64,000 nt of DNA from positions 80,786,001 through 80,850,000 of the forward strand of contig OX597815.1 of assembly GCA_951406725.2 (NCBI GenBank), given 5' to 3'. The notes under the pieces are model-generated. The model ran no database searches. It was not told the origin of the DNA and worked only from the letters and a program-made list of their open reading frames with translations. Position 1 is the stretch's first letter; each line of letters opens with the position of its first letter. The position numbers were made by a program, and so were the translations under genes. This DNA is from Octopus vulgaris. Lineage: Eukaryota. Positions 27,570-41,960 of this stretch are shown here, one piece after another.

Positions 27570-28330
27570 GACATATTTAGCTTCAGATCTAATAACAAGC
27601 TGACTCAACGCCGCGTGTAATATTGGGGACGTCTTTTCTTGGCTCTGGAATTGCCTGATGAACCCCGACAGGGAGATTTCTCTGTCCTTACATCCGAAGA
27701 GGTGCATTTACTACGTAAGGCTTCTCTTGAAGTCAATGGCTGCTATACATGTATAGTGTCCCGTGATAGTATCGGTTGATATGAGGAAAGTTCCATAGAC
27801 AATAGATTTTGAGAGACAACATCCTTCGAGTAGGCAGTTGGTAATATGTCAAAAGTTACAATATGGGGTATTTATTGAGTAAAGGCTGTGTGGGTGTTGA
27901 AGTGTGTAATGCTGGAAGCGATATTATGTAAGCTAGTATGGCTAGCCTTGACGTTACGGATATAAAAAAACTTACGATATATACGGGTTCTTAGGACCCA
28001 TCTAAGCTTCTAGTTAGCTAAGTTGAAGGATATAGACTGTACAGGGGATTAAATCAGATAACCTTTCTCATTTTCTTTCTTTGAGTTTGTAAGAGAAACT
28101 GGGAAGATCCTCCTTATACAATTACTTTTGCGAAAAGCTTCTCGTTAATGTCACATTATAATGGGTTACAGCCTCGTTGAACATCTTTGTTTGCCGATAA
28201 ATTGTAAATTCTTCTGTTGCTATTTATAATTAAGTTTCCAATTATAGTTGGTGGGTAGTTGGAGATTCTATAAATATACGAAGTTTCTTCCTTGGGCTTT
28301 CTTCGGGAGTAGCACTTGTATTGAGCTCTG
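27570..28330 (-). pseudogene. Decayed Naiad-like PLE thumb/linker/GIY-YIG remnant
   Basis: RKPKEETSYIYRISNYPPTII; VI*FNPLYS; CLLEGCCLSKSIVY. Confidence 0.7.
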
Positions 28331-28802
28331 ACGTGATATGCAGGAAGTCGATCTCTATTAAGCTGGCAATCATTGGTGGTTGTAACGGTTGTAGTAGGGT
28401 TGTAATTTGTAATAGCATTGATGGCAGTCATAGAGGACGTGCTTGTTGTGGTATGTTTATACGTAATATATATATATATATATATATATATTCGTATTTA
28501 TACACACATAGGTACCTACGCATTTTGTATTGTATGCATAGGCCCTTGTGACCAATAAAGAAAAAATTATTTTATTATTAGGGCAGTGAATGGCAATATC
28601 GGTGTCAATATTAGAAATAATGTATTTGCCAAAACAGCATCAAGGGAATCATACACACACGCACGGGCATTGTATATAAACACACACACATACATATGCG
28701 GATTATATTTTACACATTTGAACCGTGTGTGTGTGTGTATGTATGTATGTATGTATTTATGTATGTGTAATATATTATATATATATATATATATATATGA
28801 AC

Positions 28803-28834
<32 letters not shown>

Positions 28835-29439
28835 AAACAAAAGTGAATGAAAAACAATGTCGATGAATCTTTGAGGGCACTTTTTGGGGGGTTGTCTTTT
28901 TCTAAGTTCCTTTAGCTATTTTTATTTGTCTTGTGTACCGTAAAGGCATGACATTCTCCCAGAGCGACCCCAAAGTGGTAAACTATATACCTTGCCACCC
29001 GGAGTGTTCAAGTCAATGAAAAGAATATTAATTTCAGGTTTTTTCTCTCTCTTTTTCCTCCCATCTACCCCTAGTGAACAAACCACTGATGATGTAACAT
29101 CCATATGCAAAGATCATTTAGTAAAGATTTTTTCTTTAAAGTTTGTCTTTTTGTTTATTCCGTTGTTTTTTCTAACCGAACTCTTTTTCCTTCAGTTTTT
29201 TTGGTTTTTTTTTGTCGTGTTGTTTCGTTTACATTTTTTGCCCTTTTTTGTGGGAGTGAAGTGACGGAAGGGAGAGGAGTGGTTTCAGTTGTTTTTCTTC
29301 CCATTTCTGGTTTTTTTTTGTATTTTTTTACTTTTTACCTATTTATTCATTTTGTTCGTCGTTATGACTTTTGCAAGATCACTAAGTGAATAAGGGATTG
29401 GAAACGACGAAACGAAGTCTTCTTATGTTGGAAATAATA

Positions 29440-29900
29440 CTGGTATTTGTGATGGTGGTGCTGATAGTGGATGAATGGTGCTGGTGTTGTTGTTGCTGTT
29501 GTTGATTGTCATGGTGACAGTCATCGTCTTCGTCGTCGTGGTAATGCTGTTATTTATGATGTTGATATCATTTTTAGTAGTCGTATTAGTGGATGTTTGT
29601 TGTATGGTTGTGATGTTCGTGATGGCGATAGTGATGATGAGGTGGGGAGAGATTTGGTGTAGCGCATATGAAGCTTGATATAGATGTTGTGGTCGTAATT
29701 TTATCTTATTATCGGGGATACTAATTTTGGTGATAGTGGTTATGGTGGTAGTAATTAGAGTGGTAATAGTAGTGTCTGTGATCATCGGAGGTACGGCTAC
29801 TATGTTACGCTGGATGTTGTTCTTGTGATGGTGGTGGTGTTGGTGGTGGTGGTGGTAGTGGTGGTGGTAGTGGTGATGTGATTAGGGCTGCTGTTGTTGT
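29440..29900. repeat. Degenerate (GGT/GAT/GTT)n tract
   Basis: Direct reading. Confidence 0.8.
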
Positions 29901-32029
29901 TTAGTGTTCTAGAGCAAGTCTGACTGAGCTCATCCATAATCAAAGACCCTGATGTTGATATTTCCATAATAGGGATACATATTGAGCATTTAACACCATT
30001 CATTGCGATTTTTGCTGAACACTGATGAGGTAATTTAGAAGGTTATATAATGTCAACAAGCAATTATGTAATCTTACCAGTAATCCAGTAATTTGTCGAA
30101 ACGTGCTTTATAACGTATAAAATGGCATGTATGTTTTTTGTGTTAATGACACACAGACACACAGACACTCACAAACACACACAGATACACACAGATACAC
30201 ACACAATGTACTAATGACTACATTATCCAGTGTGTACTTATGTTCTTACTTTTTTTCTTTTTTCAGGCAGCAGTATTTTCGTTGCTACTTCCAACACGTC
30301 GGGTAACCTCGCAATGGCTCACTCCGTCGGTGGCTCGTGTTTCTTAATTCCCATTGGGCAGGCTTATGATCAGAAATCAGAAGCGGATTTTTGAAGTTGT
30401 AAACGATTACAATGTGAACTACGTACTTCTTTATTTAAGGCAGTAGAATGAGACGCCTGCTATTTCTAAACAGACTGCACCACCACATAAAGGCCTATAT
30501 ATTATTGTGTACAGAATGACACATATACACACACACATCATGCGTGTGTGTAAGTAAATACATATGTATGTGTATGTACGCATATATGTATTCATATACC
30601 TATGCCTGTCTATCAAGCAAACTATGTACTTACTCACACAATCTTTATATATGTGTGTGTATGTATGTGTATGTGTATACATATATACATGTACATATAT
30701 ACACAAATATACATACATGCGTAAATATCACTTGCACACATACACACGTGCACATACACATTCATTCAAGCACACACACACACACACTTGATGTTTCTAC
30801 ATTAAGATTTCATCTTTACCTTTCATCCATCCTTCGTCAATAAAACAAGCATAAAATTGTAATGCACCGCCATAGATTCAATGGTATGTAATACTTTAAA
30901 TCTGTTGCTGTGGAGCCACGTTTCTAGGTGATTCAAATTAGGTTGAAGTGCTTGAGCGGCAGTGTTTGGAGAATGGAGGGAGGGTGTGATGATGATGTCA
31001 TCTGAGTATAAGGTTGTCTGTACATTTTGTGGGCTTATGGGAAGGTATGTATAGTTTGAAAAGAGTGGGCAAAATGTCGAATCTGCTGGTCTTTTACTAA
31101 CATAGACATAAACTCAATGATTGCAAATGAATTAACATAAATGCACATTTTGTACGGTAATGTATAATCAATTGAATCAATCATTGATGTGTTTGAGAGT
31201 TCTTTCATCGATGCCAGAAGGATGAAACTCAGAACGTAGAAGCGGTATGATATCGATCCTTCGTTTCACCGTATTGCCATTGTTTCTCACTATTTTCTTT
31301 ATGATTGAGTATGAGGTGAATGAAAAAAGGGCGGATGAGGAGAAATAAGAAAATCATAATCAGCTTTCAAAATTGAAATGAGAAAGCTGTGTAGTTTAGT
31401 CAAGGGTTACTTTCACTTCTACCTATAAATCACTGAGTATATAGAAAAAAATCTAAACAGGTGAGTTGTTTCTTTTCCTTCTGTTATATAAGGAAAGCCT
31501 GATAAAATATCACATTCTGAAAGAATCTCTGATTACATGAAGATAGAAATACTTTTAGCCTAGATTATGTAATTCACTTATAAATTTCATTGAAACACGT
31601 GTAGGAATGGGAAAATTTAATTAATTTCATGGCCAAATCATCGGTTGTATATGCGCGCGTGTGTGTATGTGCGTGCGTGCGTGTGTGTGTGTGTGTGTGT
31701 GTGCGCGTGCATGTGTGTGTGTGTGTACGTGTGTGTGTGTGTGTGTGTGTGCGTGTGTGTGTGTGTGCGTGTGTGTGTCGAAATTTTGCATGCATAACAC
31801 TTGGAACTTCAGAAGGGTCTGCACACAACCATCTGTCATTTCTTCTATGAACCTTTTGATCTGGGTTGAAGTTTTTCCCGTTTGAGATAACTAACTTTTA
31901 AAAATCGAGATATTTTTAAATCGCTATGCTCAGCCTTTATAACCACAATAACAGCATGCCTTCCCATTTCTTGAGTAAGCTGAGGGTCTGCCATTATTAT
32001 TTTCTGAAACAAAGATTATACAGAGTTAG

Positions 32030-32580
32030 CCAAAAGTACAGCAATGACCGAAAAAAGGTATGTCCTCAAATACCTTACGCAGCCAGTAGTTTGTGGAAAG
32101 GAAAAGTTATAAACATTTTTTGACTATATGTTCGCTCAATGGAATTTGGCGAAGATTAGTTTTCCCGAATTTGTCGTCTGTGGACTCGTGAGCGTTCTTA
32201 TAATGCATTCCCTGTCTCGCCAATATATAGTTCCTCGTAAATCGGGCATTTAATGCAGTAGATCAAATTTCTGCTTTTGCAGTTCACATCTGTATTTGCG
32301 GAAATCTGTCCATTTTGTCGTTCTCATGGATCTACCGGTATGCATGTATTGACACGTTCCACATCTATTATCGTTACACTCTTATACTGTGAATGTCTTA
32401 TCCTGTTTGTTCTTGTTGAATTTTGCCTTTGTCAATAGTTTCTTTAAGTTGTGTGGTTGCCTTTTGCTTAAGATAAGTGTTTGATTAGTTATTGTGTTTT
32501 TAATTCTTCACTTTGTTTCATGACTGGCAAATTTGTTTTGATGATGTTAGAAATGTTTTGTTGATGCGGGTTGTTTGTGG
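32030..32580 (-). pseudogene. Neptune-like PLE linker + GIY-YIG endonuclease remnant
   Basis: SKRQPHNLKKLLTKAKF, CNDNRCGTC, NCKSRNLIYCIKCP..LYIGETG, RVHRRQI. Confidence 0.85.
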
Positions 32581-32589
32581 CTTGATGTG

Positions 32590-32825
32590 GATTTTATCGA
32601 AGTTAGTATCGGAATACTTGGAATTAAACCTTTATTAAAAAATTGAAGAGAACTACTACCTTTAGAAAACATATAGAGGACACATGGAAAAGAAACCTCG
32701 ATGGTTATTTCTTAATTTGGATCAAATCCCTAGAAAATCTGGAAGAATTCAGCACCCTCCTCAACAATCTACACCCTAGTCTCAAATTTACAAGAGAAAT
32801 GAGAAACACAGAATTACATTTTTAA
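32590..32825 (+). pseudogene. PLE reverse transcriptase fragment
   Basis: WKRNLDGYFLIW...LLNNLHPSLKFTRE..ELHF resembles WxRYxDDxFxIW..LNxxHPxIKFTxE..LPF. Confidence 0.85.
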
Positions 32826-33472
32826 GAAAATACATGACACAAGTGAGGTTGGAAGAATGATAAAAGAAACGCGGTTTCTCGAAATGTTCAAACCTGATCC
32901 GAACGGAAATAACAACAATAATATAACAACCAGTTAATGATGTGGATTAAAAAATATCTTTAACATATGAATATAAACAAATTACAGAAGACTCCAACTG
33001 ATTGAAATAAAAACGATCGAAACCAACTAAGTTTGCTCACTCATAAAACCATTACATGTAAACCGCAAGCTAACTGGTTAAAATAAAGGCGGGATCTATG
33101 CCAGTAATATCGGTACGACCGACAAACCGTGACTGACGTTTCAGCTGCATGCGGATTGGTTAAAACTCGGCTTCTTGGCGCCTTCTAAGTGGTACAAAAT
33201 GAAGAAGTCAGTCATTTTAGTACATTTATCAAGAACTGTCAGTTTAATACATTTTGAAATTTGACAATTATTACAAACGTATCAAAGTGCTAATTCAACT
33301 TGTTGAACATTACAACATACTTTTTTAATGTTTCACACACTTCAACATTGTAAAAATATATTTTTACAATGTTGAGGTGTGATACACACTTTATCTTCTT
33401 TTTTTAATATCATAATATAAAACTTGAAAACCAGACCATGTTTTAACTTTATTCAACTGATGCGTGTGTGTA

Positions 33473-33505
<33 letters not shown>

Positions 33506-34556
33506 CTTTGAGTCTATATTCGTCCGCCACTACCGCTAGGCAATTGGTGTGTTTTCGCCCCTTGTAACCTAGCGGTTCGCCAAAATGGATTGATATGATA
33601 AGAACTAGGTTTAAAGCAAACAAAAGCAAATAAATAAAATAAGTACGGCGTGTGATTCATTCGACTGGAATTCTTTTAGATGTTGCCCCCAGCATGGCCT
33701 CAGTCTAATGTCTGAAGCAAATAAAAGGTAAAAGATATTTCTAAATTGAAATAGATAGGTAGATAAATAAATAAATAAATAAACGCAAAATGAAATAGAG
33801 GAAGAAAGAAAGACGGCAACTAAAGTGACATATTGCTGCGATTTGACACAATTTACTTCGAATAATAAGGAAAGGAATTTTTGTTTCAAGTACTGACTGA
33901 CTGGGGCTGTTTGGGTTGACGACATTTGCAGCTGATGTTACTAATACATGCATTGTTTATTACTATAGAAGCTATTGTAATGGTTTCAATTTCCCCGATG
34001 GCTGATAAGTTATCAGATATCGTGTCCAATGCAATGCAAGTCTCACTGTTAATCGAACAGTTTGATGTGTCAGCGACATCAATTCACCTACGGCTGTACG
34101 GTCAGCATTTACGCTTTACGCCCTTTGGCATTTAAACTTCATTGAAAAGGATCAGTGCTTCCTTCATTTTGAGATAGATATTAGTAATAAAAAATTGGTT
34201 GAATAAAAAAACAGAGGAAAAGATTTGGGATAAAATATGTGGGAGTAAGGCAACTTCAAACAATACAGTTATCTTATTTCTTTAACGTTTTTGTTTTTAT
34301 TGCGCTTAAATAAAAAAGATCTCGTTGAAAGGAATCTAATTCTGCAAAGTGTGTGAATATTGATGCTGTTGGTGCTTCAGAGGCAAAAAGCATGGTTATG
34401 CGGAGAGTAATGCTCTAAATTTTAACATCTCCCTTATTTTAAAAGACAATTTAGTATCTTACTAAAATGGATCCAATTCTATAAACTGCGTCAAAATTGG
34501 TGCAAACCTAACAGCAAAAACTTAAATTTGTGACTGATTGCAGAGGTACTAAATAG

Positions 34557-34608
<52 letters not shown>

Positions 34609-34612
<4 letters not shown>

Positions 34613-35375
34613 AATATGAGGGAATATTATTCCAAACTTACAGGGAAAAATTCAATTTAGAAATACTAAATCGAATTTCACAAAATAATATATATATATA
34701 TATATATATATAATTTAGAAAAAGAACACCTTTTATCAATTCAATAATGAAAAATTTAATTATGCCATCTAGAAAATTACATATTATAGATAGATTAAAT
34801 ATAAAATAAAACATATAACGATGATTAAGTAATATGTAAAATAATAAATAAAACGTATATATTTGGTAGAATATTTATCAATATTATTTGGATTTTGTAT
34901 TATATCAGGTTTGATTTTATTATTATTAGTATTGTTATTAAGTTAATTTATAGTAAAATGTCAGTTATAGTAAAATGTATTTATAGTAAAATTTTCATTT
35001 GTTATCCTATCTTTCTTACTTTTCTTTAATTCATGAAGCTTAAATATTTTTCGTATTTTTCATTAATAGTTTTCGTCATTTTCATTGATAATTTATTATC
35101 TTCACGCGTCTTGATCGCGTACGTATTTAATCCTAACACTTGCAAATTTATAACTCGGAGTATCACACTGAGGAGAATAATAGGTAAATATAATTTACTT
35201 TAAATTCGAAACGCGTCCATGGTTAACCGAAGTCGTGTGGATTCATCATTTATTTATTTTTATCGGAGATTTTTATGGTAGTTGAAAAGACATTAGCGTC
35301 TATTTCTAATTCAGTACGTGCCGAGGCACTTAGCTGACCCCTGATTATAATTATGTACGTAATTATACAATATTT
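34609..35375 (+). mobile_element. PLE pLTR-like AT-rich repeat with hammerhead, bounded by (TA)n
   Basis: Hammerhead at 35162-35222; TA tracts on both sides. Confidence 0.55.
35162..35222 (+). ncRNA. Minimal hammerhead ribozyme motif
   Basis: CUGAGGA-GAAU..AUUC-GAAA-CGCG-UC; core intact, stem I weak. Confidence 0.72.
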
Positions 35376-35377
35376 TG

Positions 35378-35460
<83 letters not shown>

Positions 35461-35684
35461 CCGTAACTTAGCGGTTCGCCAAAAGAGACCGATAGAATAA
35501 GTACTAGGCTTACAAAGAATAAATCCTGGGGTCGATTTGTTCGTCTAAAGGCGGTGCCCCAGCAGTCAGACTGAAACAAGTAAAAGTGTAAAGAGTAAAA
35601 GAGTATATATGTATATGCGTGTGTGTGTGTGTGTATGCATGTATGTATGTATGGTGCGAGTGTGTGTGTGGTAGGGAAAGTTCA

Positions 35685-36130
35685 TCTTTTGATTTTTTTT
35701 TAGCCACTAGACTGCGGCTATGCTGAAGCAACACCTTAAAGGGCTTTAGTCGGAGAAATCGAATCCAGAACTTATTTTTTAAATCCTGGCACTTATTGTC
35801 TTGGTCATTTACCGATCTGTTATGTTACGGGAACGTAAACACACCAACAACGGTTGATAAGCAAACGCACACGAAGGCATATGCATTTATCTATACGACG
35901 AGCTTTTTTAGTTTCCGTCTACCAAATCCACTCACAAGGTGCTATAGCAGGAAGTACTTACCCAAAATACCACCCATGGGATTGAAATCGAAACCATCTG
36001 GTAGGGAAGTTAACTTCTTACCAGACAGTCACGCCTGAACTAAATTGATAAATTTTATATGTATTTTCCTACATGTGTTGGGTGTGTTTCTTTCGCCATT
36101 GCAAATTCGGTATATATGTATATGCATGCG

Positions 36131-36171
<41 letters not shown>

Positions 36172-36545
36172 AGATGTCTGTCGACATGTACATACATATA
36201 CTCTTTCATTCTTTCTTTTATTCTTTCTCTTGTTTCTGTCATTTGACTGTAGCCATACTGGAGCACTGCCTTTTAGTCGAAGAAATCGACCCCTGGACTT
36301 ATTCTTTGTAAGCCTGGTGCTTGATCTATCGGAATTTTTTGCCGAACTGCTAAGTTACGGGGATACACCACCATCGGGGAGAAACACAGCACAAACGCCC
36401 GCACGCAGACACACACACATACATATTTACGACGGTCTTCCATTAACAAGGCTTTGGTCGACCTGAGGTTGTAGTGGAAGACATTTACCCAAGGTGCCAC
36501 GCAGTGGGACTGAACCTGAACCACACAGTTCTTACCACACAGTCA
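35685..36545 (-). mobile_element. Two OR-like CORE SINEs (35685-36036, 36225-36545)
   Basis: Match to 62113-62520; other partial copies at ~8215, 33500, 35459, 39035, 40720. Confidence 0.8.
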
Positions 36546-36560
36546 TATATATATATATAT

Positions 36561-36855
36561 ATCACGTGATCACGTGACCGACCAGACCATCAGATGTTGT
36601 TACACATCGCTGGTCACAATGCGTTCGCATTGTTTTAGCCTTCGAATGACGCCACCCCGCTGGCTAAGCGAGCAGGCCAACAGAAGAAAGAGTGGGAGAA
36701 AGAGTGGTGAAAGAGTACAGCAGGGATCACCACTCTCGTGGAGCTTTTAGGTGTTTTCGCTCAATAAACACTCACAACGTCCGGTCTGGGAATCGAAACC
36801 GCGATCCTGCGAACGCGAGTTCGCTGCCCTAACCACTAGGCCATTGCGCCTCCAC
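36561..36855 (-). mobile_element. tRNA-derived SINE, third family
   Basis: Head GGAGGCGCAATGGCCTAGTGGTTAGG...GGTTTCGATTCC; tail GTCACGTGATCACGTGA into (TA)n. Confidence 0.85.
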
Positions 36856-36974
36856 ATATATAATTATATAGTATATAAATATATATATAAATATGTATAT
36901 ATATCACATTATTACGTGATATATATATACATACATACATATATATGGGTGTGTGTGTATATGTGTGTGTGTGA

Positions 36975-37007
<33 letters not shown>

Positions 37008-37293
37008 CATTTTACACGCATACAACATACACACACATAGGTGCGCGCGTACACAAGCTCATGCTTTTTTTTTTCTCTTTGCTGTCACTCCTTTATATCC
37101 TATGACAATAGCTGTTCTAGTTATTTTCGTAAAATATATTTATACGCCTGTCTTCACACGACTTCCGTAAAGATATTCTTTAACGCCCACACGCTGCGTA
37201 GTGTTTCCATGTCACTGCCATGCATTTGTGAATCGCCACACCCAGCGTGTACGTAGAAATCTTTTGTCGCTTCCTACATGCGTATCTACCTTT

Positions 37294-37357
<64 letters not shown>

Positions 37358-37624
37358 ATATATATATATCTATCTATCTGTATTTGTGTGTGTGTATGTG
37401 TGTGTGTGTGTGTGTGTGTGTTTGCATGCGTGCCAGATTATAAGATCTAAGTGTAGGAAGTTTGTAAGGTTTAAGCGGTCCGTAGTAGGTATAAGAAAAA
37501 AACAACGTTCAGGAACAATAATAATTTATTGGCTTCGAAGGTTTTAGGCTTTTCCCATATCGAAGTTCGATAAGCTGAAAAATATTTTGCCGAACCGTTA
37601 AATTAGAGGGACGTATAATTATTT

Positions 37625-37846
37625 ATTTACTACCCACAAGGGGCTAAACACAGAGGTGACAAACAAGGACAGACAGACGGATTAAGTCGATAATATCGAC
37701 TCCAGTGCGTAACTGGTTAATCGACCCCGAAAGGATGAAAGGCGAAGTCGACCTCGGCGGAATTTGAACTCACAACGTTGCGGCAGACGAAATACGGCTA
37801 CGCATTTCGCCCGGCGTGCTAAAGTTTCTGCCAGCTCTCCGCCTTA
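37625..37846 (-). mobile_element. MetaSINE-like SINE (left monomer of the dimer type)
   Basis: Match to 2450-2680. Confidence 0.9.
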
Positions 37847-38049
37847 TAATGCCAGCAACACCGTCGTCAGGCAGTGGTGCGGGATACACACTGATACAAC
37901 TACGTACACACATACATATGTAATGTATACTAGTGCTTCTCAAAGTGATGGTCCGCGAGCCATCAGCCGCCGGTAGCGGCGAGTTCACAGAAAAGAAAGA
38001 AACGTTATAAAATGCTTATGTAATGCTGTATTACTCATTTACAAAATAA

Positions 38050-38836
<787 letters not shown>

Positions 38837-38928
38837 ATCCAAACAAGAAAGCACAACAACACGAGGACGTGGAACAAATATAGTATTATTAGACGCTCAG
38901 GAAAGAAGGAAAGAAGGAAAGAAGGAGG

Positions 38929-38963
38929 GTTTAACGTTTCGAGCGGAGCGCTTCGTCAGAAAC
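38929..38963 (-). ncRNA. Minimal hammerhead motif with intact core, in pLTR-like repeat 38833-39020
   Basis: GUUU-CUGACGA-A-GCGC ucc GCUC-GAAA-CG-UU-AAAC. Confidence 0.75.
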
Positions 38964-39688
38964 ATAGGAGAAGGAAAGATCCAGAGAAGGGAAGACAGAG
39001 GAAAAAAATCGCCAATGGTACACACGCCGCCGCCAACACCGGTTGCCAAGCAATGGTGGGAGCACACTCGCACACACACACACACACAAACACGTGCACA
39101 TACAGACACCCACACATACGCGTACACTCACACACACATATATACACGACTGTCTTCTCTCGGTTTTCGTCTACTGAATCCATTCACTAAACTTTGGTCT
39201 GCCAGACTCTATATAAGAAAACACTTGCGCAAGGTTCCACGCAATGGGACTGAACCCAGAACCATGTTATTCAGGAAAAGACTTCTTACCACACAATCAC
39301 ACCTTCACCTATATATACATAAAAAAATCATTATTAAATTTTGTACCCCTATTTATTGACCTATGTGCACGATCTATGTGTACGCTTTATATGTACGCCC
39401 TATATGTATATGTATGTGATATACTAATACTAGACACCTGTGTAGTGCAACATGTGAATCTCCGAAAATCCACTTGTAAAATGGTATAAGGATACATATA
39501 CGGCGGAATAAGGTGTAAAGCAGGAATGGAACATCTTTGAAAGAATGACGTGATGTTACATACGGGTAAAAGTTGCTTGTATGCACCAAACGGTTATAAT
39601 TATATATTCATAATCGCAAATGTTAACACGAATTATTGAAACAGTTGTAGGAATGACTATTTTGAAACAACATTACTGGTGGTCTATT

Positions 39689-39765
<77 letters not shown>

Positions 39766-39865
39766 GTATATATGCATGTATGTATGTAAGTATGTATATA
39801 TATATATGCACACGGACAGAAAGAGAAGAGAGTGAGAAGCGGTGAGAGATTATTACGATTATTAT

Positions 39866-40422
39866 TATTGAGTGAGAAAGCAGTGCATGCCATCAAAGTG
39901 ACTCTGGGGTACAAATGTACGAAACCCAATATACCCATCATGATTGCCCGTCTGATAAGGGTGTACCAGGCACACGCATAACAACCATATGTGCGCGACA
40001 TGGTGACCTCATATCAAGTTAAACAGCGCATGACATTGCAGGTGGGGGCCAGTTAGACGTTTCTTGAGATTGAGTCGCCCATCCCACTCAAATGGTCCTT
40101 GAATAAGGTTTGTTTGAGGATGATGAACAAAACACCCGTGTTTCCAGGAGTGACTTATTCAAACTCCAAAGATTCCTCTCAACACATGACTACGATGCTC
40201 CCCACTAATTCTGCTCGTGAACAGAGATGCACATATCGTCAGCCACAAAGGGACATACTCAACTGGTTAAAGTAAAACAACTGACAAGCAAATCTGAGGT
40301 ACTGATCAAAGTATTTGCTGTAGCTCATCTTGTATACCAAAACAAAACAATGTACATGATAACACTTCCAATCAGTTAAGATCAGAAGCCAGGAGAGCCA
40401 CTGTCCTGTACTGTATTAGAGC

Positions 40423-40425
<3 letters not shown>
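39866..40425. mobile_element. ~560-bp non-coding interspersed repeat flanked by (TTA)n
   Basis: Second, truncated copy inverted at 58793-59225. Confidence 0.85.
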
Positions 40426-40455
<30 letters not shown>

Positions 40456-40479
40456 CATTATTATTATTATTATTATTAT

Positions 40480-40542
<63 letters not shown>

Positions 40543-41622
40543 AGAATTTACAATGGCTCAATGGTCTAAATGTTTGTGCTATCTGTTCTTTCAAAAGTAT
40601 ATTGATATGAAACTCAAGGCCCTTGAGTCATCGAAGTCCCTCGATAAAATATAGTTTTATGTATTGGCTTTTATTTCTATGATGTGTGCGCGCTTGTGTG
40701 TGTGTGTGTTCATGTTTATCTCACTGCTTCACAACTGGTTTGTGGTCCCTAAATTAGCGGTTCGGCAAAAACTTATCATAAATTAAGTACCAAAAAAGTA
40801 TATGCTGGGATTGGTCTGATCGACTAAAAATCTTCAACGTAGTGTTCCAGCATGGTCGCAATCCAATTGATGAATAAAAGGATGTGTGTGTGTGTGTGTG
40901 TGTGTCTTTGTATGTGTGAATGTAAACATTTGCTATACAAGTGTAAACTGCATTGATCATAAATCAGTCAGGTTTGAGGACTCAACAAAATGTTTAAATT
41001 CTGCCTTTATGTACGGTGTATGAGGCATATTCGGTGCTCTTGTTTGCATATGGGTGTGTGCATATATGTGGGTGTGGTTATGATTTTGTGCTCGCGGGCG
41101 ATATTAAAGCACATCGTGGTGGGTCATTTTAAAGCTATTTTCTGTTATGCTTGTGATTGTGGAGTAATAGAAATAGGAGGGCGCTTATATTTAGTTACAT
41201 TCTCTTCCGTTATGTGTTCAAATCCCAGCAGGATCAGATTCTTTTCATCACTTGGAATTCAAATATTGCCAGGATCATTTTTCCTTTCATTTTTCTTTTT
41301 TGAGCTTAACTCCCTGTAGGATCAATTTTCCTTTCATCTTCTCAAGTTCAACTCCCACCAGGATTAATTACGTCACCTCCTCTACAAAATGAATATATTT
41401 CATTGAACTGACTTAGTATATTACTGGTATACCTTTTGTCGGTCATAGAAAATGAATATGTCAAGCTGAGGCAATGTCTTAAACACACCACTATGCTTAA
41501 CTTTGCGATACATTCCTTGGGTAGCTTTACTCGAGATAACCCTGTTGCAAGCACACGGCTAAAGCTCCCGTCTACTTTTTCCCAGCAAACATTAACCGAC
41601 AAATGTTTAATGTTCTTCTTAC

Positions 41623-41661
<39 letters not shown>

Positions 41662-41671
41662 CATTATTATT

Positions 41672-41703
<32 letters not shown>

Positions 41704-41717
41704 TATTATCATTGTAT

Positions 41718-41890
41718 TAAAACTCACAGATTATATTGCTAGGTATGATAGAAAGTGTCAGTTGTCCACAGCCAGTAGTCTAAGGTGACACTTGTTTTAC
41801 TGCCTATGCTTCAAGAACTCTGCGTAGAACTCTTGCAGTTCCAAGCAATGTTGATTTTTGTAGGTGTTCTACCTTCACAATTGCACCGAT
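41718..41890 (-). mobile_element. 3' end of R4/Dong-like LINE within (TAA/TGA)n
   Basis: VKVEHLQKSTLLGTARVLRRVLEA* plus short 3' UTR; trinucleotide repeats on both sides. Confidence 0.75.
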
Positions 41891-41902
41891 CTATTATTAT
41901 TA

Positions 41903-41936
<34 letters not shown>

Positions 41937-41960
41937 CATCATCATCATCATTGTCATTAA

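Noticed and set aside
27654-27680. CTGATGAACCCCGACAGGGA as a hammerhead
   Set aside because: No GAAA box; lies antisense within a decayed PLE coding region.
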